Assembly: GCF_009914755.1 (NCBI RefSeq)
Contig: NC_060929.1
DNA: 64,000 nt
From: the human T2T-CHM13v2.0 reference genome, Homo sapiens
Strand: one strand, 5' to 3'
Translations under genes and position numbers: made by a program
Part shown: in pieces, positions 55,735 through 64,000 of the stretch
Layout of the letters: each line of letters begins with the position of its first letter
How positions within the stretch are numbered: position 1 is the stretch's first letter
The notes under the pieces: model-generated
What the model was told of the DNA's origin: nothing
The model's input: only the letters and a program-made list of their open reading frames with translations
Database searches by the model: none

Positions 55735-56530
55735 AGATGTGTTCATTTTCAAAGTGCCACAAATGGATGGCTTGAAAAACATAAATTTATTGTCTCACAG
55801 CTTTGGATTCCAGAAGTCATAAATCAAGGTGTTGTTGGCAAGATGGATTCCTTCTGAGGGTTCAGAGGGAGAATCTGTCCCATGCCTCTCCCCTAGCTTC
55901 TAATAGCCCCAGGCATTTCTTAGCTTGTGGATGGTCTTCTTGTGACTTCACATTGTCTTCTCTCTACACTTGTCTGTTTTTGTGTCCAAATTTTTATAAG
56001 AACTTTAGATTAAGAGCCACCCTAATGACCTCAACTGTTATACACAAAATTGTGTCCCTAAAATTTATATGTTGAAGTGCTAACACCCTGTACCTCAGGA
56101 TGTGACTGTATTCAAAGACAGGAGCTTTGAAAGGGTAACTAGGTAACTAACGTAAAATGAGGTCATACTGCTGGGCCCTAATAACCCATATGATTGGTGC
56201 CCTTATCAGAAGAAGAGCTTAGGACACAAACATGCACAGAGGGAAGACCATGTGAAGAAAGAGAGAGACGAAGGCCACCAACAAGGCAAGGAGAAATCAA
56301 TCCTGCTGATGCCTTCATCTCAGACTTCTGGGCTCCAGAACTGTGAGGAAATGAATATCTGTTATTTAAGCCAAACAGTCTGTGGTACTTTGTTATGGAA
56401 GTCCTAGCAAGCTAATACATCATTTTAACTTGATCATCTGATAAAACTTTCTTTCCAAATGAGACCACATTCATAGGCACTGAGGGTTAGGACTTCAACA
56501 TCTTTTTGAAGGACACAATTTAACCAATAA
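55735..56530 (-). mobile_element. MLT1C-like LTR interrupted by an oppositely oriented MLT1B-like LTR (56036-56419, +)
   Basis: aaatttattgtctcacag...ctaatgacctca [tgttat...gctaataca] tcattttaacttgat...gggttaggacttcaaca. Confidence 0.75.
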
Positions 56531-58526
56531 TATCAGACACAAGCAGAGACAAAAGATGAAGAGAGATTCTGGAGGCACTGGACCTCCAGTTCTGGTCCCT
56601 GAATCCCATGAATTGCCATGTTTCCTGCAGCTCCTTCTTGGATTATCTGAGCTTGGTCAGGATCCTTCCAGGCAATCTCCTTTTGTGCTTAGCTTAATTT
56701 GAGTTGAGTTTTCTAGCACTTTGAACTGAGACTCCTATCTAGTATGACGTGGAAGAAAAATTTAGCTGCTGTGAGTTCATGTGCCCAAAGAAAAAGAAGA
56801 GAAAAGGAAAGAAAAAAGATTCTTTATTGCCCACTCTTTTTCCATCTCCAAATCAGCCCAGCTCTTGAGATCTTTGAAAGTTGAGCTGCCTTTTACATTG
56901 ATGTTTTCAACTCTCCATATTTACCCTCTTCACCTTGATTGTTTAGAAATCCAATAAGAATTTTATTCATCTTGTTTGTTTGGTAAAATTGCATCCTTTA
57001 AGGCCAATTCGCCTCACCATATGAGTACAAAAGGGGAAATTTTCTTTGTAATAGCAGGTAGCAATTAGTGGCATGCATTTTATTTTATCTTAATGGCATG
57101 CATTTTATTTCTTTTTTTTTAAATTTCACTGACTTGAAGCTCATAATGGCATGCATTTTAAAAGCATCTATTTAAGATGCTTCTTATCTGGGAAGACCAA
57201 TTTTTAAAAAATGATCTCACAATAGACTGAAGGCCAAAAATTACAGAAGGGCAGTTGTGGTACTGCAGATAATAATAATAATAGTAATAATAAAATCAAA
57301 GGCATACAGAGAGAATTTCAGATGACATATAACTTAGAAAGTTAAGGGATAACACATTGAAACTCCAATGTGAGTAAGTTTAACAAGTCCTTTCCTTTCC
57401 TACATATTTTTCCAGTGGGGGAGGCCATGAGCAGATACTGAAGGGTTGGAATGGGTAGGAGAAGGGGAAAGGAGAGAAGGGGCAGGGAAGGCGGCAGCCA
57501 TGAAGGGCCCCAGGGCAAAGGAAGAGTAAACTAACAGAAAAATAGCAAACTTAACAACTTTCCTTGGGCTAGTTATTACATTATTTTTCCAAAGGACTAT
57601 CTGATTGATGAGATAAGCAGAAATGGTAATGTTATCAATCAGTGAAGTACAACCCAAGAATAATGACAGCTATCAAATGATAAATTATTCCCAAACCCAA
57701 GTGCTGTCTGAAGGGCTTTATATAGACACTCAATCTTTACAACAATCTGAAGAAGCAGGTATTTGTCTCAGATTGGGTTCCTTCGAAACAGACTATGAGA
57801 CAAGGATTTATATACAGGGATGAGGATGGGGGTACTTTAGAGCGATACACCCCTGAGGAAGTGAAGAATGGAGTGTTGGACAACAAGACAATCTGCTCCA
57901 AAATTTGGTGCCAGTTGAGTCCTCAACCAATCCTATAGAAATCCCTGGAGCTGGGTGGCCCCCAATGAGGTAAGGAGGCTGGGTGACAAGCCTCAGAAAG
58001 GAGCACAGCTTTGAGGAGGGTGGGGAGCACAGGCCCTAAAGAGGGGGCATTAGTGAAGCACTGCCACATTCATTACCATTATTATCCACAGTTCACAGAT
58101 GAATAAACTGAAGCATGGAGGGGCTAATTAACTCATCCAAAGGGATAGACTCCCATTTCACTAAATTTTATTTGCAAAGATGTAAACTAATAGATTCAAA
58201 GTCAGTACATGAAAACTGGAATTATTTGAAACCACAACACACAAGAGTATCCAGATTAAAGACACTGATGTTTCCTTAAAAAAGAAAAGGCAGTCAGAAG
58301 AGGTGCTGGCCACTATGAAATAATGGGAAAATAACATTCAATAGGTAAACATGGATATTGGGGAAATTATACCTAGAAATAGAAGATTCAGGTAAGGACT
58401 TTCATTATTTTCCCATTGAAAAAAAAAATTATTTTCCTAAAATGGTCACATCAAGATTAATGAAGCCATTCTCATCTTAATCTGTTCCAGAATTAAAATA
58501 ATAATAATAATAATAAAAGATTAACC

Positions 58527-58816
58527 AGGCGAGCTTGGTGGCTCACACCCATAATCCTAGCACTTTGGGAAACTGAGGAGGGCAGAGGAACTCGGGAGTT
58601 TCATACTGACCTAGGCAACATGGTGAAACCCGGTCTCTACAAAAAATAGAAAAATTAGCTAGATATAGTGGTGTGCACCTGTAGTCCCAGCTACTCAGGA
58701 GGTTGAAGTGGGAGGATCACCTGGGCCTGGAGAGGTCAAGGCTGCAGTGGCTGTGACTGTGCCACTGCACTCCAGCCTGGGCGACAGAGTGAGACCTTGT
58801 CTTAAAAAAAAAAAAA
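58527..58816 (+). mobile_element. AluJ with a private left-arm deletion
   Basis: TSD-like aaaagatt(a/g)acc at 58515-58526 and 58813-58824. Confidence 0.9.
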
Positions 58817-61267
58817 GATTGACCCATGCGGATGCGCCTTCAGAGCAGTAAAACAAGTAAGTGAATACATAAGATTAACCTCATTCATCGTTTGGAGCTT
58901 GAGATAAAACAAAATTTTTTAAAAAGATTTACCTCAAGCAACCGCCTGATTCCTGTCTTGGTCAGCTCACCAAACCAACTGTTCTTATCAATAAGAAAGT
59001 TGCTAACTGGTAATTGGTACAGTAGTAATGCCTCAGAATGAATAAAGTGGTTCCTGATTTTGCTTCAGCTTCCCAATATCCTGAATGGCTATTGTGTGTG
59101 ATATTATGCATTGATTGTATGTACTTGGTTTTCCTGCATCTACTCCTAAGACATAGACCCTCTCTTAGAAGTGAGAAAAAACAGATGCTGAGCATGACAG
59201 TCGAAAGGTTAACTTCTGAGAAGTTACAACTTTCCTGTGTCAAATGCACCCTACCATTATCATCCTACCATGACCAGACATGACAAACTTGCTTTTCTTT
59301 ACTATAGCTATTGCCATTGTGTTATATATGGTGACCAGGAGTCAGGCCAGCCTGTAGTTCTGCATGAAATAATATTACAGTGATGCTCTAAGAATCTCCC
59401 TGAGACAACTGCTTATTCAACTGTTAAAGGATAGGAGATCATTCTTAGTCCCCCTAAAATGCTAATTAGTCCATCAATAGCTGTTTCCCTAACCTCGGAG
59501 CTGGAATAAAGAGAAAGCTTAAATGCCAATTTTTCTGGGCACAAATCTTAAAAGATTCATTCATCTACTACAACATATGATACCAAGCAGCCAAAATGTG
59601 CCCCTTGACTTGGGAATGAATTACAAATATCACAGCTTATGATCAATCAACAAGGGGGACTCCAGAAGAAAAGGGCAATCCCAACTGCCCCTCCAGCACT
59701 CTTGGGACTAGATGGAGTCTACGGTCATGTTGCTGAGAGAGAGGGCACTTAAACAAGAAAAAAACTGGTAGTGCCAATTCCTAGGACAAATATTTCTGGG
59801 ATTCAGAGACTTATGTAAGGTGGATAAATAATTCTTTGGTAGGTCTATTTACTCTCCACTCTTTCTGTAGTATTTATTAAGCATTTTCTGTACACTTGGC
59901 TCAGAACATGTTAGAACATAAAAGTAAGAGATCATTCTCCCCTCAAAGAGTAGACTGGGAATTGTTGATTATCTGGTCACCATTCATTCTGCCTTCAAGT
60001 TTTTATCGTAGCCCTAATAAGCACTAGCACAGGGACCTGAAAGGAGGTTGACTCACTCCCAGTTTCCAAAGTGGGCCTGATTGATCCAAGGATAATCTCC
60101 ACTCCTAGGAACTGGCAATAGAACAGCCATATGGCACAGATTGGACCAATGAGACATGAAGAGAGGTTTACTGGGGGATTCTGGAAATTAGCTCCCCTCC
60201 CCTAGATATGAACAAGGAAATGCCCCAAGCTGAGGCTAGTAGACATCCTATGGGTAGATAGCCTTGGTTTGATGTCATCCCTGTGATGAGAGAAGCCAAT
60301 AGCTGGGGAAAAGTTGGGCTTTCAGTGAACACTGTGGAGATCCTGGACCCACCATTCCTAAAAGACACACTCTTTCCATTGCCCCATACTAACAAGTCCA
60401 CTTTGTTGTTTAAGCTACTTTGAGTTGGATTCTGTTACTTGCAACCTAAAGAATCCTAATTGGTAAAAATCTAGCAGTCTATATTTAGCTCCCCTGGAGA
60501 TGTATTTTCTAAAATCAAGCCATAGCAGGAAATACTGTTGGAACTATGTTGCAAATTTCTGAAAGACGGAACTCGGTCTCATGTTTCTTTGTATATCTAG
60601 CACTCAACAAATACTAAATGCTTAACACCTCGTGCAATTCAGATAAGATAATGTGAAAGTAAGTGTTCTGGCAGTAGAAGCTGCTACTCAAATAAAATAA
60701 TAAAGGAAATAAGCTCTTAATAATAACAGCTAAAATTTATTGGGCACTTAATATGTGGCAGGCACTATTATTTGTGTAATTGCTTTGAGTAATTTATGTG
60801 TATTAGTTCATTTAACTCTTACCACAATTGCCAGGTATAGTTATTATCCATAGTTTACAGGTTGGGAAGCTGAGGTACAACACATTTACTAAGATATAGA
60901 ACAGTAGTTAGATAACTAATGACTTACAAAAATAGAATTTTAAAGTCTCATGCCTCAACCAGTAGGTCTTATTTAAGCCAGTTCAAAACAAGATTGTGTT
61001 TCATCTTCTAGACAAAATAAGAGGGTGAAAAATATAGATTTGCTTAGTTTTTTACAACATTTTAATATGTCATGTTGATTTATAGATTCTTGGAAACCTA
61101 TTTTTTTCATTTTGCTGCAGTCTAAAGGTTATTGTAGAAGCATTTAATAATACATACTTTTATTAGCCGAATCTGTTATCTTTACTGTCTTACTAAAATT
61201 TATCTACTTGTTAACCTAGACATACTATGCCATGTATCTTTGAGCTAAAACCCCCAATATTCAAATC

Positions 61268-61450
61268 TGTATTAGTCAGGGTTCCCCAGAAAAACAGAAT
61301 TAATAGGATATATAGAGAGATACATAACAGGGATTTATTTTAGGAATAGGCTCATATGGTTATGAAGGCCAAGACGCCCAATGACCTGCTATCTGCAGCT
61401 ATGAGCATCTCTTAATCCATTTAAGTTGACACATAAAATTAACCATCACA
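61268..61450 (-). mobile_element. Internally deleted MLT2 (ERVL) LTR
   Basis: tgtattagtcagggttccccagaaaaacaga...gttgacacataaaattaaccatcaca. Confidence 0.75.
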
Positions 61451-63789
61451 TGTTCCCATCTTTATCTTAAAACCAGTAGATATCCAAAATAGGTAGTATT
61501 TACTGTTGCTTCTTTCAATAAATATTTCCTGGGAGCCTACCCCATTCTAGGCATTTTTCTAGATGCTGAACAAACATCAATGAACAAAACAGGTAGAGTT
61601 ATTGCCCTTAAGGAGCTTACCTTCTAGTGAGGGAAACAGACACTAAACAAATCATCACACAGGTAAATACAAAATTACATATTTTGCCTTGAAAGAAAAA
61701 TAAAAGGAATGCTGAGAGAGAATAAAAGGTGTATCTAATTCAGTTTCCGTGTGTGCCCAAGGAAGACACCTGAAGAAGTGACACTAAACAGAGACTTGAA
61801 AAAAAAGACCCATAGATGTCTTGTGTTTTGTCTTATCCAACAGCCATTCACATTCTTCTATAACCATAGCCCAAGTCTTCCTGGAGAAAATACTCTACCA
61901 CATTCTCAGCCTCAGTGTTTTGGAGCTATTTCTTCCATCTCTGGCTGCTAGGGTGGGGCCAAGATCTAGGCTCAGCCAATCAGTGTATTTCATCTCCCTA
62001 GCCACAGTAATGATTCCGTTGATTCAGGGATGACCATATGACCTCTGTTAGGCCAATAACAGCAGCAAGGTTCCATTTAGAATCTTTGATCTAATCTATC
62101 AGGGAAGCAGATTATCTTCTTCACTGCACTGAGTCTTGTAAAGATACAACCTTGACACTAAAAGAAAAGAATGACATGTAACTGAAGGACACCTTAGTCA
62201 AGAAATATATCCTCTTGCCATCATTTAAACTCTGATTTAAGTTCTGCCTGACCATATCCACCCATGAACTGTTCAGTCATGAGTCACCACACATTCCCTT
62301 ATGCGTAAAGCGTGGTAGTCATTAGTGCTAGTCATTTTTTTTTTCTTCTGGTTCTGCTCCTCTGGACATATGGTAGGACTGCACTTCCTCAGTCCTTGAA
62401 GGTAGACGTGGGACTTGGTTTGGCCAATGAAATGTGAGCAGATGTAATATGTGTCACTTTGGGGCAGAAGCCTTTAAGAGCTGGGGCACACTCCACCATG
62501 TTTTCCACCCCTGCCATGGCAATCAAATAGATTCCAAATGGTGGGGATTCGGTCAACCTAAAGATCCTGACTGAGCGTGACATGGAGCAGAGTTCCCCAT
62601 CAACCAAGATGCAGAAATGAAAGCACTGACATTTTAGAGTTGTTCTTTACCACAACATAACCTAGCTCATCCTGACTTATATTTACCAGTTTCAATTGTT
62701 TTTCTGCCTTTTGAAGCAGAAAAAGCCCTAACTCATATAATGAGTACAAGGAAAGTGGTGAAAAATAAAAGAGAAAGCATTCCAGTGAAGAACTTATGTG
62801 AAGGGAAGCAACTGAATTGGAGGAAGAAATGGAATTGGAGGTTGAAATGGAGAAGACCTGTTTTGAGGCTATTGCAGTGGTCCAGGTGGTGTTGATTATG
62901 TCTATAGTGTTAGGAAACATAGAAAAGAATAGATAGATTCAAATTTTATTTTAGAGAAAGAAAATGATAGGAAATTATTTTTCTCTGCCAAAACCCATTG
63001 TTTCTCACTTTGACTTTATGTTAAAAGGTCAGGGGGCAGAATGGAAAAGGCATAAGCTGTGAATAAGGAGACTCCAGTTCTGGGACTAAGTTGCTTAATA
63101 AGTAGGATGTGACCTTGGACAAGTCTTTTGCCTGCTCAGACCTTCACTTCTTCAGCTCTGTGAGCAAGGGGGAACTTACTCCCCCAACTTTAGAGGTGTC
63201 TCTCCTTTTCCTTTAAGCACTGACATTCTATGGAGGCTAATCATAGGAAGCTACCACATCAAAACAGTTGAATGGGATACATGTTCCTGACTCAATTAGG
63301 GAAATGCAGGAATGATAACCCACAAGACCTTGCCATAGTCTAGTCAATTTGTGAATGAAGAGAGTAAAATAACACTCACTGACATGAGGACTAGAAGCTT
63401 TTGATTATGATTTTGTAGTGGTGGTTTCTTTAACAAAAGCGTCTGGAAAATGGCCAAGATGGTATATGTGACACATTGTCAATGTGACTCACTCTGACTT
63501 GGATTCAGACAGACTCTTCTACATCAGATCTGTTCCTCTACATACAGCAATCTGAGATGCAGAAAAGGTAACCAACAATATTTGACAAGGTGAACTTCAC
63601 AGGCACTTTATCATAGCACTGTTCACTATAGCAGAAATTCCCAAAAAGTATACTTGAGGTGTTTTGACACAATAAATGAACAAACATGTATTCTTGGTAG
63701 TTATTCCCTGATTTTGCATTTTAACTACTGGAATGTTCATTAGCTTAATGTCACACCTGCCCAGTTGGTGAGTTTGAAGGAATAACTAG

Positions 63790-64000
63790 ATGTGGCCATC
63801 AGTGGATGAATAGATAAAGAAAATGTGGTATATGTACACAATGGAATACTATTCAGCCTTAAAAAAGAAGGAAATCCTGTCATTTGCAACAACATAAATG
63901 AAACTGGGGGACAATATATTAAGTGAAACAATCCAGGGATAGGAACATAAATGCTGCATGATCGCACTTACATGTGGAATCTAAAAAAGTTGAATTCATA
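63790..64000 (+). mobile_element. L1M 3' fragment running off the window end
   Basis: gatgaatagataaagaaaatgtggta...atggaatactattcagccttaaaaaagaaggaaatcctgtc. Confidence 0.88.

Overview
This is primate (very probably human) genomic DNA, AT-rich and dense in interspersed repeats. It contains the 5' part of PRELID2 (PRELI domain-containing 2) on the minus strand. A CpG-island promoter lies at ~49.3-50.0 kb. The coding exons are 49574-49500, 37459-37402, 34320-34247, 33717-33682 (36-nt cassette), 32357-32197 and 10827-10722. All have canonical AG/GT ends and splice into one continuous frame ([17 protein letters not shown]...FLRQGAQK); the last coding exon lies outside the window. The rest is intron and upstream DNA made of Alu, L1, L2/MIR, MaLR (THE1/MST/MLT1), ERV1-type LTRs, Tigger3 and microsatellites. 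Most ORFs in the supplied track are repeat-derived or chance. I found no new gene system. The most unusual signals are fossil DNA-repair or retrotransposition scars: (1) a ~260-bp mosaic at 55193-55452 built from four short segments copied from sites 2-5.5 kb away and inserted in an LTR; (2) a chimeric Alu-unique-Alu insert under one target-site duplication (TSD) at 23302-23885; (3) two smaller templated insertions. Several splicing features of PRELID2 also merit testing. Repeat subfamily names come from memory of consensus sequences, not from a search, and repeat boundaries are approximate unless a TSD is cited.
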